Assembly (NCBI GenBank): GCA_017474765.1
Contig: JAFVGW010000060.1
Span: 1,427-65,426, forward strand
Length of the DNA: 64,000 bases
Reading direction: 5' to 3'
Source: Salinivirgaceae bacterium
GTDB taxonomy: Bacteria > Bacteroidota > Bacteroidia > Bacteroidales > SZUA-534
Below, piece after piece: positions 56,501-64,000 of this stretch. The stretch's first letter is position 1, and every line of letters starts with the position of its first letter. The notes under the pieces were generated by a model. That model saw nothing but the letters and a program-made list of their open reading frames with translations, was not told the DNA's origin and searched no databases. The translations under genes and the position numbers were made by a program.

Positions 56501-59460
56501 GTCCTGTTGTATGGGGCTCGAACATAAATAAGATATTCTATGTGGCTCTGTCAGCCAACAACTATGGGTATGGAAGCGTGGAAGGCGGTGGTGTATCTGT
56601 CGGTAGTTCAATGATGAATATTGTTGCCACCCCAGCTGAAGGCTGCCGTTTTGTGAAATGGAGCAACGGTCTGACAAACGCCACTGAAACCATAACGGTT
56701 ACTTCCGATACTACCCTTGTGGCTGAATTTGAGTTAATTAAATGGAATGTGGCCGTATCGACAAATAACAATGCCTACGGCAATGTGAATGGTGGCGGAA
56801 CTGTTACCGACGGCTCAAAAGTTACAATTACCGCCACACCTGCCAACAGTTGTCGCTTTGTAAAATGGAACAATGGATTGACAAACACCTCCGAAACCAT
56901 AACCGTAACTTCGGACACAACCATTGTGGCAGAGTTTGAATATATTATCTATAGAAAAGTTACCATTTCGTCTAACAACGATTATTATGGTTTTGTTGAT
57001 GGCAGCGGCACTGTTGAAGATGGCAAAACCGTTACAATCACCGCTACGCCAGAATCTGGCCACCATTTTGTGAAATGGAACAACGGGCTGACAAACGCCA
57101 CGGCCACTATAACCGTAACCTCCGACACAACTATTGTGGCTGAATTTGAGAAAGATATAACGTGGAATATAAATCTGTCAGCCAACAACAGCGCGTATGG
57201 CACAGTAGAAGGTGGCTGCAACGTAGCCGATGGCACAACAGTAACCATCACTGCCACACCAAAATCTGGCTACCACTTTGTAAAGTGGAGCAATGGCCTG
57301 ACAACCGACACGGCAACCATAACCGTAACTTCCGACACAACACTTGTGGCTGAATTTGCCGAAGACAAATATTGGACTGTCACTCTTTCTGCTAACATTG
57401 AGCATGGCAGAGTTGATAAAATCAGTGGTTCAAACCTCGATGGCTCAATATTCACGGCTTATGCCTCACCATTCCCCGGTTACAAATTTGTGAAGTGGAG
57501 CAACGGCCTGACAACCGACACCATTTCCATAACTTTAACATCCGACACAACGCTTACGGCGGAGTTTGCCGAGAAAGTTTACGCGGGGACCTGCGGTGAC
57601 GATGCCCGCTGGAGTTTCAGTGTGGCGTCGAAAACCCTAACCATTAGCGGCACAGGTTCAATTGACAAATACAAAACCGTGGATTTGTTCAGCACCGAAG
57701 TCGACAGACCGTGGCAGGATATTGCCGACCAAATAGAAAAAGTGGTCATAGGCGAAGGTATTACCAATTTGGGAAGCTATGCATTCTGCTATTGCAACAA
57801 TCTTGAAGAGGTAAATATTTCGTCAACTTGCAACAGCTACGGTAGCATGTCGTTTGCCAACTGCCCGAATTTGAAGAAGATGGTTGTGGCAGCCAATTCT
57901 GTTTATCAGGCCAACGAATACTGCTTCTCGAATTATGAGACCTGCACTGTGTATGTGCCCGCAGGCAGAGTCGATTACTACAAGAAGGATATAATTTTCG
58001 GAATGTTCTCGAATATTGTCGGCGGCTATACTGTCACCATCGATGACGAAATAAAGAACGGAACGGTTGAGGTTGAAAGCTATATTGTTCCTGAAGGCGG
58101 AACGGTCACCGTAACGCCCATACCCGATGAGGGATACAGCATTGCCGATGTTTATTTCGAAGGCGAATATGGCTATGATTGCTATACAATAAATTCAAAT
58201 AGTCATCAATTCTGGATTGAAAACGTAAGAAGTAACATCGTTGTTAAAGTTGAATTCAGTCGAGAAGGCGATTTCGAGTTTGGTTTCAACTATAAAATCC
58301 TCAGCGACAACACTATTGAAATAAGCAGCTACAAAGGTACTGGCGGTGATGTTATAATTCCTAGCACAGTCATCGACAATGGCGTCGAATATACTGTTAC
58401 ACGTATCGGCGACAATGCTTTCAGCAAAAATAACAGCAACATCGAAACCATAATCATTCCCAACACTGTCACAAGCATCGGCTCCGGAGCCTTCTCAAAT
58501 CTTTATCTGACATCGCTGACCATCCCAAATTCAGTAACAGAGATTGGCGAGGGAGCGTTCTGGTCGATTAAAAACATTGTTTACAAAGGCAATGCCACTG
58601 GCAGTCCGTGGGAAGCCCTGACTGTGAACGGATACATCGATGGAAATTGCATATTTGCCGATGCCGAGAAAACTCACCTGACGGCGTATATCACCAGCCG
58701 CGACAGTATGGAAACAACAATCAACATTCCAGAGTCCGTCATAACCATTGGAGAGAATGCCTTTACCAATGTGTGGGCTAAAAAAATCGATGGTGCTTAC
58801 TATTGGGGCAACGAGGAGAATCCGTATTTGATATTGTGGCACGTAGGTGACTATTCTATAGATAGTGTAATCACATCGTATGAGATAAAAGATGGCTGCA
58901 AATACATATACTACACCGCATTTGCAAATATGGAAAACCTCGAATCGGTAACAATACCTAATTCGGTTGTCAGCATTGGCAAACTTGCATTCTTTGGTTG
59001 CGACAACCTGAAATCGGTTAACATTCCCGATGGTGTTGTGGCAATAGGCGAGGGTGCGTTCTCGAATTGCTACGGTTTGTCTTCCATCACCATTCCTAAA
59101 AGCGTGACCACCATTGATAAATACGCATTTGGTGATTGCGATAATTTGACAATCACTTGCGAGGTTAGTTCAAAACCCGAAGGCTGGGACAACGAATGGA
59201 ATTCGCCAAGCAGCACGGTTAATTGGGCAGAAATAGATGTGGCCATCGCCGAAACGGCTGCCAACGCCGTCAGCATCTACGCCCACGGCAACACCATCAT
59301 TGTTGAGAACGCCACCGAAGAAATCCGCGTTTATGATGCAATGGGCAGTATGATTGGTAGGGACGCGATTAATCGCGTCCGTACAGAAATACGCATCAAC
59401 ACCGCCGGCATTTACCTTGTAAAGGTTGGCAGTGTGGCCAAACGGGTTATGGTGAATTGA
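53545..59460 (+). CDS. Giant surface protein: BspA-type leucine-rich repeats + InlB B-repeat (Listeria-Bacteroides repeat) domains + T9SS C-terminal sorting domain
   Basis: A 1971-aa protein with signal peptide MKRIFTLLFAAMLAGQAWAQ. It has dozens of ~23-aa units of the form IPNSVTSIGxxAFxxCxxLTS and six ~70-aa B-repeats ending TSDTTxVAEF. The C-terminus, IRVYDAMGSMI...GIYLVKVGSVAKRVMVN, is typical of type A T9SS CTDs. Confidence 0.9.
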   Translation: MKRIFTLLFAAMLAGQAWAQTTFTVNNLEYTIIEGTTNVTIGTTGEELPADLVILSEVTNGGITYTVTGFSEFAFQNCNYLKTVAIPNTFTSIGEFAFQKCHSLESVDIPNSVTIIGERAFEQCEKLASVTLPDHLTEICNLAFDNCTGLTNLIIPISVTTISSNAFYRCSNISFYCEVEEESEPAGWGNNWDKGRPIVWGYNANPQTWTVTLSSNNNAYGTVSGGGTVANGSTTTITATPAEGYVFLMWSNELTTATATITVTSDTTIVAEFAENKPLVASELHYEITSDSTVKVVFSNDYWYFTSIVIPNTTIIDGKVYSVTSIRDYAFQNCRNLISVAIPNTVTYIGENAFYGCDKLTDINVESGNTKYSSEDAILFNCDKTTLVRYPYNKVGAYTVPESVTTIGDLAFYLCEQLTSVVIPNSVERIEYGAFEGCSNLASISIPESVTTLGSCVFQTCISLTSITIPNSITEIPFYGFRSCENLTTISLPNTITDVDNTAFEGCDKLKYNEYDNGLYLGNTENPYLVLIKAKSTNITSCEITDKCKVIATGAFSGCSELTSITVPNSVQNIGCGAFSGCSSLQSMTLPFVGDRRHSYTDSHQYPFGYIFGYESYEGGVATSQWYRYYDNTSSMGSTYYIPSSLKSVTLTDCDYIQYGAFDDCSNLTSITIPTSVTHIDGSAFNSCSDSLTIYCDLKSAPRGWELYSYNIVWGTVDVVDSNNVDAAGFAYKIIDGTSAEIIDYTGSDTVIAIPSTFTKNGVEYTVIRIGDNAFNSYKDMKSLTIPNTVTSIGNKAFSKCHGLTSVEIPNSVTTIGSGAFEYCYNLASAIIPNSVTSIGNSAFYNCYNLTSVEIPNSLTSISNQMFSYCSRLSSITIPNSVTSIGKNAFSCCNNLTTINIPNSVTCIGESAFYGSGLTNISIPNSVTYIDWRAFSDCNDLTFITIPKSVEKMNWNIFVDCPNVTIYCEAESKPEGWVEGWNSDNCPVVWGSNINKIFYVALSANNYGYGSVEGGGVSVGSSMMNIVATPAEGCRFVKWSNGLTNATETITVTSDTTLVAEFELIKWNVAVSTNNNAYGNVNGGGTVTDGSKVTITATPANSCRFVKWNNGLTNTSETITVTSDTTIVAEFEYIIYRKVTISSNNDYYGFVDGSGTVEDGKTVTITATPESGHHFVKWNNGLTNATATITVTSDTTIVAEFEKDITWNINLSANNSAYGTVEGGCNVADGTTVTITATPKSGYHFVKWSNGLTTDTATITVTSDTTLVAEFAEDKYWTVTLSANIEHGRVDKISGSNLDGSIFTAYASPFPGYKFVKWSNGLTTDTISITLTSDTTLTAEFAEKVYAGTCGDDARWSFSVASKTLTISGTGSIDKYKTVDLFSTEVDRPWQDIADQIEKVVIGEGITNLGSYAFCYCNNLEEVNISSTCNSYGSMSFANCPNLKKMVVAANSVYQANEYCFSNYETCTVYVPAGRVDYYKKDIIFGMFSNIVGGYTVTIDDEIKNGTVEVESYIVPEGGTVTVTPIPDEGYSIADVYFEGEYGYDCYTINSNSHQFWIENVRSNIVVKVEFSREGDFEFGFNYKILSDNTIEISSYKGTGGDVIIPSTVIDNGVEYTVTRIGDNAFSKNNSNIETIIIPNTVTSIGSGAFSNLYLTSLTIPNSVTEIGEGAFWSIKNIVYKGNATGSPWEALTVNGYIDGNCIFADAEKTHLTAYITSRDSMETTINIPESVITIGENAFTNVWAKKIDGAYYWGNEENPYLILWHVGDYSIDSVITSYEIKDGCKYIYYTAFANMENLESVTIPNSVVSIGKLAFFGCDNLKSVNIPDGVVAIGEGAFSNCYGLSSITIPKSVTTIDKYAFGDCDNLTITCEVSSKPEGWDNEWNSPSSTVNWAEIDVAIAETAANAVSIYAHGNTIIVENATEEIRVYDAMGSMIGRDAINRVRTEIRINTAGIYLVKVGSVAKRVMVN
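56533..57575 (+). repeat. Five tandem ~210-nt coding repeats (B-repeat domains) within the LRR gene
   Basis: Each unit runs from ...SxNNxxYGxVxGGG to GLTxxTxTITVTSDTTxVAEF. Long shared nucleotide stretches occur, for example ACCATAACCGTAACTTCCGACACAAC. An isolated sixth copy lies at ~54166-54372. Confidence 0.9.
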
Positions 59461-59487
59461 TGTTTTGTTCAAAATAATGGATTATAG

Positions 59488-59523
59488 GGTAGGGGCGAAA
59501 ATCTTTCGTCCCTACCTTTTTTA
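59488..59523 (+). terminator. Intrinsic terminator of the LRR gene, built on a GTAGGG..CCCTAC unit
   Basis: GGTAGGGGCGAAA-ATC-TTTCGTCCCTACC (one G-U pair) is followed by T6. Confidence 0.8.
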
Positions 59524-59686
59524 TGCCCTCGCCTTATGGCGTTTTGTGAGTTTTCAAGTCGAATTTTCTAAAAAAACTCTCGCAAAGCGATACCCCAAAA
59601 ACGCCGTCAGCTTGCGGACAAAACGCTTCAAACCGTCAGGTTCCCAACGTGTCTGTTCGTCGATAAAATCCTAATACAGCGGCGAT

Positions 59687-59702
59687 TGGCATATTTTTTG
59701 CT
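59687..59702 (+). promoter_or_regulatory. Candidate sigma-54 (-24/-12) promoter upstream of the acyl-CoA ligase gene
   Basis: TGGCATATTTTTTGCT has GG and GC separated exactly as in TGGCAC-N5-TTGC. Its 3' end (59702) lies 36 nt before the ATG at 59738. Confidence 0.4.
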
Positions 59703-59737
59703 TTTCGCATCGTACTACTTATTAAAACAGATTGTCT

Positions 59738-61402
59738 ATGGTTGTACAAGGTAATTTGGTCAAGGCTTTCGAGTCGACCTTCAAGAAACACTGGGATTTG
59801 GCCGCCCTGTCAATTTACAAAGGCGAAACCCTTACCTACGGCGATATGGCCGTGCTGATTGAGAAAATCCACATTATGTTCGGGCAGTGCGGTGTGAAGC
59901 CTGGCGACAAAATCGCTCTTATCGGCAAGAGCCACCCGCATTGGGCAGTATCGTACGTGGCAACCATAACTTACGGTTGCACAATCGTGCCCATTCTGGT
60001 CGATTTCCATCCGAACGACGTGCAAAACCTTATCACTCACTCTGATGCGGTGATGCTTTTCTGCGGCGATATGGTTCTGCCGACTCTCTCTGCCGAAAAA
60101 ATGCCGTTGCTGCGTGCCATCATCAATATGACCAACTTCACAGTGGCCTTTGAGCGCGACGAGTACAACGTGAAAGCCGTGATGGACAACATCGACGAAC
60201 TTTTTGCAAAGAAATACCCCAACGGCTTCACCGCCAACGATGTGAACTATCCTGCTGTTGATGGCGAGGCGCTGGCCGTAATCAGTTACACATCGGGAAC
60301 AACGGGCTTCTCGAAGGGCGTTATGCTGCCGCACCGCAGCCTGATGGCCAACATTGAGTATGCCATCCGCAATATGCAACTCGACGCGGGCGACCGTATG
60401 TTGAGCATCCTGCCGCTGGCACACGCCTACGGATGCGCTTTCGAACTTTTGTGGCCGCTCTGCGTGGGCACCCACATCACCTTCCTGGGCCGCTCGGCTG
60501 GTCCGTCGGTGCTGCTCGAGGCATTCAAGGTTGTGAAACCGCACCTTCTGCTGCTGGTTCCGCTGCTCATCGAGAAGATTTACAAGAAACAAGTGCTGCC
60601 GAAAATCAGCACCACGGGTATGAAAATCGCCCTGCACACACCAATACTCAGCGGCATCATCTGCAAGAAGATACGCGAATCGCTAGCCGCATCGTTCGGC
60701 GACAGTTTCCGCGAGGTTGTGATTGGCGGCGCAGCCCTTAATCCTGAAGTTGAGGCGTTCCTGCACAAAATAAAATTCCACTATTCGGTTGGCTATGGTA
60801 TGACCGAATGCGGCCCGCTGGTAAGTTACGCAGGCTGGCGCAGCGCTCGTATGGGCTCTTGCGGAAAATTGGTTGACGCTCTTGAAATGACCATCGACTC
60901 ACCAGATCCGGAGAAACAGGCCGGCGAGATTATGGTTCGCGGCGAGGGCACAATGCTCGGATACTACAAGAATCCGGCCGCGACCGAAAAGACCATCGAC
61001 AAAGACGGCTGGCTGCACACGGGTGACCTTGGCGTACTCGACAAAGATGGTTTCATCCACCTGAAAGGCCGCAGCAAGAGTATGATTCTTGGCCCGTCGG
61101 GCGAGAACATCTACCCCGAGGAGATTGAGGCCAAACTGAACGCCCTGCCTTACGTGCAGGAGCAGTTGGTGATTTCGGAACAGAACAAACTTGTGGCTTT
61201 GGTTTACCCCGATGTTGATTTGATGAAGAACAAAGGCCTTCAGATGGCTGACCTTGAGGAGATTATGGAGAACAACCGCCGCGAGTTGAACGACACTCTG
61301 CCGAAATTTATGCAGGTGTCGCGCATCCAACTGCAGGAGAAAGAGTTTGAGAAAACACCGAAACAGAGCATCAAACGCTTCCTGTACGAGAATCAGAATT
61401 AG
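59738..61402 (+). CDS. Long-chain-fatty-acid-CoA ligase (AMP-binding family)
   Basis: It has the AMP-binding motifs YTSGTTGFSKGV and GYGMTE. The ORF track start at 59732 is TTG, so I use the ATG at 59738. Confidence 0.88.
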   Translation: MVVQGNLVKAFESTFKKHWDLAALSIYKGETLTYGDMAVLIEKIHIMFGQCGVKPGDKIALIGKSHPHWAVSYVATITYGCTIVPILVDFHPNDVQNLITHSDAVMLFCGDMVLPTLSAEKMPLLRAIINMTNFTVAFERDEYNVKAVMDNIDELFAKKYPNGFTANDVNYPAVDGEALAVISYTSGTTGFSKGVMLPHRSLMANIEYAIRNMQLDAGDRMLSILPLAHAYGCAFELLWPLCVGTHITFLGRSAGPSVLLEAFKVVKPHLLLLVPLLIEKIYKKQVLPKISTTGMKIALHTPILSGIICKKIRESLAASFGDSFREVVIGGAALNPEVEAFLHKIKFHYSVGYGMTECGPLVSYAGWRSARMGSCGKLVDALEMTIDSPDPEKQAGEIMVRGEGTMLGYYKNPAATEKTIDKDGWLHTGDLGVLDKDGFIHLKGRSKSMILGPSGENIYPEEIEAKLNALPYVQEQLVISEQNKLVALVYPDVDLMKNKGLQMADLEEIMENNRRELNDTLPKFMQVSRIQLQEKEFEKTPKQSIKRFLYENQN

Positions 61403-61433
61403 AATTTTTTCATAGTTATAAAATTTGGTTGGG

Positions 61434-61467
61434 GGTGCAGTCGGGTTTCTGGCTGCACCTTTTTTTG
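61434..61467 (+). terminator. Intrinsic terminator of the acyl-CoA ligase gene
   Basis: GGTGCAG-N12-CTGCACC is followed by T7. Confidence 0.75.
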
Positions 61468-61591
61468 TGTATGGTCTGGGAGTGGGGCGGACCATTCGAC
61501 TGATTAATAATGTTTGGCCGCAGCGCAAAAAAAATACTCCACTTGTGTTTAGTTTTAGTTTATGTTTGCGTTTTCAGATTGAGTTAGAATT

Positions 61592-62839
61592 ATGGATTGC
61601 ACAGAGTTATTTGAGAAAGTTCGGCAGGCGAGTCGCGGTATGGTTTTCCTGACCGAAGAGAAGATTAACGATATTTTGCGCGACGTGGCCGACACCATTG
61701 TGGCGCACACTGGCGAGATTCTGGCCGCCAACAACAAGGATTTGGCCCGAATGGACAAGGCCAACCCCGTTTACGACCGTCTGCAACTCACCGAGCAGCG
61801 CATTGCCGACATTGCAGGCGATATGCGCAACGTGGCGTCGTTGCCTTATCCTGTTGGCCGCACGCTCGAAGAACGCGAACTACCCAACGGACTGAAACTC
61901 AAAAAGGTAACCGTACCAATCGGCGTCATTGGAATGATTTACGAAGCGCGCCCGAACGTCACCTACGACGTCTTCTCGCTCTGCCTGAAATCGGGCAACG
62001 CCTGCATCTTGAAGGGCGGTTCCGACGCCTACGACTCGAACGTTGTGGGTGTTGGCATAATAAAAGAAGTGTTGCGCAAACACAATGTTGACGAGAACTG
62101 CATCGCGCTCTTGCCCGCTGGTCACGCCGAAACCGAGCAGCTGCTGAAGGCCACCGACTATGTTGATTTGATAATTCCGCGCGGCAGCAAGCGGCTCATC
62201 GATTTTGTGCGCCAAAATTCCATTGTGCCCGTCATTGAGACAGGCGCTGGCATCTGCCACACCTATTTCGACGAGTTCGGCAACCTTGAGTGGGGAAAAC
62301 GAATAATCTTCAACGCCAAAACGCGCCGCGTGAGCGTCTGCAATGCCTTGGACTGCGTGATTATCAATCAGAAACGCCTGGCCGACCTGCCTGCTTTGGT
62401 TGCCGATTGCGCCACCAAAAACGTCATTGTCTATGCCGACGAGCAGGCCTATGCCGCGCTCGACGGAAAATACCCCGCCAATCTGCTCGAACACGCTGAC
62501 GCACAGTCGTTTGGCACCGAGTTTATGGACTATAAAATGGCCATCAAAACCGTTGCCGACATAAACGAAGCGCTGGCGCACATTGCTCGCTACAGTTCGC
62601 GTCACAGCGAGTGCATTGTGACTGACAATCAGGCAAATGCCGACCTGTTCCGCAAGGCAGTTGACGCCGCCGTGGTTTACGTGAACGCCCCGACGGCTTT
62701 CACCGACGGCGCACAATTTGGCCTGGGTGCCGAAATCGGTATCTCGACACAGAAACTTCACGCCCGCGGCCCAATGGCTCTGCGCGAACTCAACTCATAC
62801 AAATGGCTCGTGACAGGCGAAGGGCAGGTGAGAAAGTGA
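61592..62839 (+). CDS. proA: Glutamate-5-semialdehyde dehydrogenase
   Basis: A 415-aa aldehyde-dehydrogenase fold protein with ProA-type IYEARPNVT and [12 protein letters not shown]. Confidence 0.93.
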   Translation: MDCTELFEKVRQASRGMVFLTEEKINDILRDVADTIVAHTGEILAANNKDLARMDKANPVYDRLQLTEQRIADIAGDMRNVASLPYPVGRTLEERELPNGLKLKKVTVPIGVIGMIYEARPNVTYDVFSLCLKSGNACILKGGSDAYDSNVVGVGIIKEVLRKHNVDENCIALLPAGHAETEQLLKATDYVDLIIPRGSKRLIDFVRQNSIVPVIETGAGICHTYFDEFGNLEWGKRIIFNAKTRRVSVCNALDCVIINQKRLADLPALVADCATKNVIVYADEQAYAALDGKYPANLLEHADAQSFGTEFMDYKMAIKTVADINEALAHIARYSSRHSECIVTDNQANADLFRKAVDAAVVYVNAPTAFTDGAQFGLGAEIGISTQKLHARGPMALRELNSYKWLVTGEGQVRK

Positions 62840-62994
62840 TTTGAGTTTTAAGTTTTAGAAGTTTTAGGTTATAAGTTTAGAAGGTTGAGAGAGTTGAGAG
62901 AGTTTAGAAAATTTAACTAAACAGCGAAGCGCTAAACCTTCTCAACAGCGAAGCGCTAAACTATAAACGATTCACCAATTAAACGATTAAACAA
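62840..62994 (+). repeat. Word-repeat spacer: GTTTTAG/GTTTAGAAGG/TTGAGAG block, 2x AACAGCGAAGCGCTAAAC, GATTCACC..ATTAAACAA block
   Basis: It has the same block order as the trpE-trpG spacer, and its pre-start block AAACGATTCACCAATTAAACGATTAAACAA ends 2 nt before the yggS ATG. Confidence 0.92.
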
Positions 62995-62996
62995 CT

Positions 62997-63677
62997 ATGA
63001 GCATATCTGAAAATCTGAACCGTATAAAATCGACATTGCCTGCTGGGGTGCGGCTTGTGGCGGTGTCGAAAATGAAGCCTGAAGAAGACATTCTGGAAGC
63101 CTACAACGCTGGGCAGCGCATCTTTGGCGAGAGCCACGCGCAGGAACTCAAGCAGAAACACGAAGACCTGCCGAAGGACATTGAGTGGCACTTCATCGGC
63201 CACCTGCAGACCAACAAAATAAAATATATCATCAGTTATATCAGCCTGATACACAGCGTTGACAGCCTGAAACTGCTGGTCGAAATCAACAAGGAAGCCG
63301 CCAAACACGGCGTGGTGGTGCGCTGCCTGCTGCAGTTCCACATTGCCACCGAAGAGACAAAATTCGGTCTGACGCTCGACGAAGCCCGCCAACTGCTTGA
63401 GTCTGATGAGTTTCGGGCATTGCAGAACGTGCGCATCTGCGGCGTTATGGGCATCGGCAGCCTGACCGACAACACCGAGCAGACCAACCGCGAGTTCGCC
63501 AATCTGAAGCAGATTTTCGACACTCTCAAAGCCGACTATTTTGCTGGTTCTGACGAATTTAAGGAACTCTCAATGGGAATGTCGGGCGACTACCAACTGG
63601 CTATCGCCCACGGCTCAACACTGGTGCGTGTAGGCTCGTCAATCTTCGGGCAGCGTGTGTACGACGACAAGCATTGA
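62997..63677 (+). CDS. yggS: YggS-family pyridoxal-phosphate homeostasis protein
   Basis: A 226-aa protein with the PLP-lysine in LVAVSKMKP and a C-terminal LSMGMSGDY...VRVGSSIFG. Confidence 0.92.
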   Translation: MSISENLNRIKSTLPAGVRLVAVSKMKPEEDILEAYNAGQRIFGESHAQELKQKHEDLPKDIEWHFIGHLQTNKIKYIISYISLIHSVDSLKLLVEINKEAAKHGVVVRCLLQFHIATEETKFGLTLDEARQLLESDEFRALQNVRICGVMGIGSLTDNTEQTNREFANLKQIFDTLKADYFAGSDEFKELSMGMSGDYQLAIAHGSTLVRVGSSIFGQRVYDDKH

Positions 63678-63694
63678 AAATCAGTCAGTAAGCG

Positions 63695-64000
63695 TCATTT
63701 TGCCTTCGGATACTCAATCCGCGTGTGGTAGATGTTCTGCAGTTTCCGCTTGAAAATTGTCTTGACGGTTTCAATGTCGCGGAAGGTCAGGTCGGCGTGG
63801 TTCATTTGGCCGTGCGCAATCTTATCGTCCACAACTTCGTCAACAAGCGGGCCCACAACTTCGGGCGAGTAGTCTTTCAGCGTGCGCGACGCCGCTTCAA
63901 CCGAGTCGGCAAGCATTACCACAGCCGTCTCTTTCGAGAATGGCGACGGCCCAGGGTAAGTGTATTTTGCCACATCCACATTGTCAGCGCCATTGGCATT
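63695..64000 (-). CDS. HD/HDIG-domain membrane phosphohydrolase (YqfF-like), C-terminal part; 5' end beyond the window
   Basis: The frame is open to position 64000. It has YPGPSPFSKETAVVMLADSVEAASRTL and the C-terminal tail typical of 7TM-HD proteins. Confidence 0.8.
   Translation of the reverse strand, partial: NANGADNVDVAKYTYPGPSPFSKETAVVMLADSVEAASRTLKDYSPEVVGPLVDEVVDDKIAHGQMNHADLTFRDIETVKTIFKRKLQNIYHTRIEYPKAK

Overview
This 64-kb chromosomal window looks like a Bacteroidales (Bacteroidota) genome of roughly 50% G+C, judged by eye. Supporting signals are lipoprotein signal peptides, a T9SS C-terminal sorting domain, a GldB-like lipoprotein, TAnnTTTG-type -7 boxes, no Shine-Dalgarno sequences, and a Trp-codon leader ahead of trpBEGDCFA. 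I call about 56 protein genes, one tRNA-Cys, one deletion pseudogene, several intrinsic terminators and many intergenic repeats. No rRNA, CRISPR array, transposase or integrase is visible. Gene order, left to right: tatD-like, HAD, rnc-fabF-acpP and tRNA-Cys-folB. Next comes a lipid-type cluster: a fused MMPL transporter/acyltransferase/methyltransferase, a GT2-DUF2062 glycosyltransferase and a PaaK-like ligase, interrupted by a vapBC pair. Then an OMP, terC, a LytTR two-component system and groES-groEL. An accessory island at about 21.9-27.3 kb holds two AAA-ATPase genes (one decayed) and an AT-rich two-gene cassette. After it come hemW, secG-lptE with a sigma-54 activator, a U32 peptidase, the attenuated trp operon, a C45 hydrolase plus CrtI-like oxidoreductase, GH43, dtd, a TPR protein and an NSS transporter. 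The window ends with a 1971-aa BspA-type LRR / InlB-B-repeat / T9SS surface protein, an acyl-CoA ligase, proA, yggS and a partial HD-hydrolase gene. Four things stand out. (1) Same-strand intergenic spacers, including those inside the trp operon, are built from a small vocabulary of short degenerate words placed in a fixed order and orientation relative to transcription. (2) The AT-rich cassette begins with a G+C-normal, degenerate metallopeptidase fragment and is followed by a small membrane protein, which resembles an orphan toxin/immunity module. (3) The lipid-export and modification cluster has no product I can name. (4) GTAGGGACG-type palindromes occur between genes, and one perfect 20-nt copy lies inside the T9SS sorting-domain codons. 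All homology statements come from reading motifs by eye; no database search was possible.
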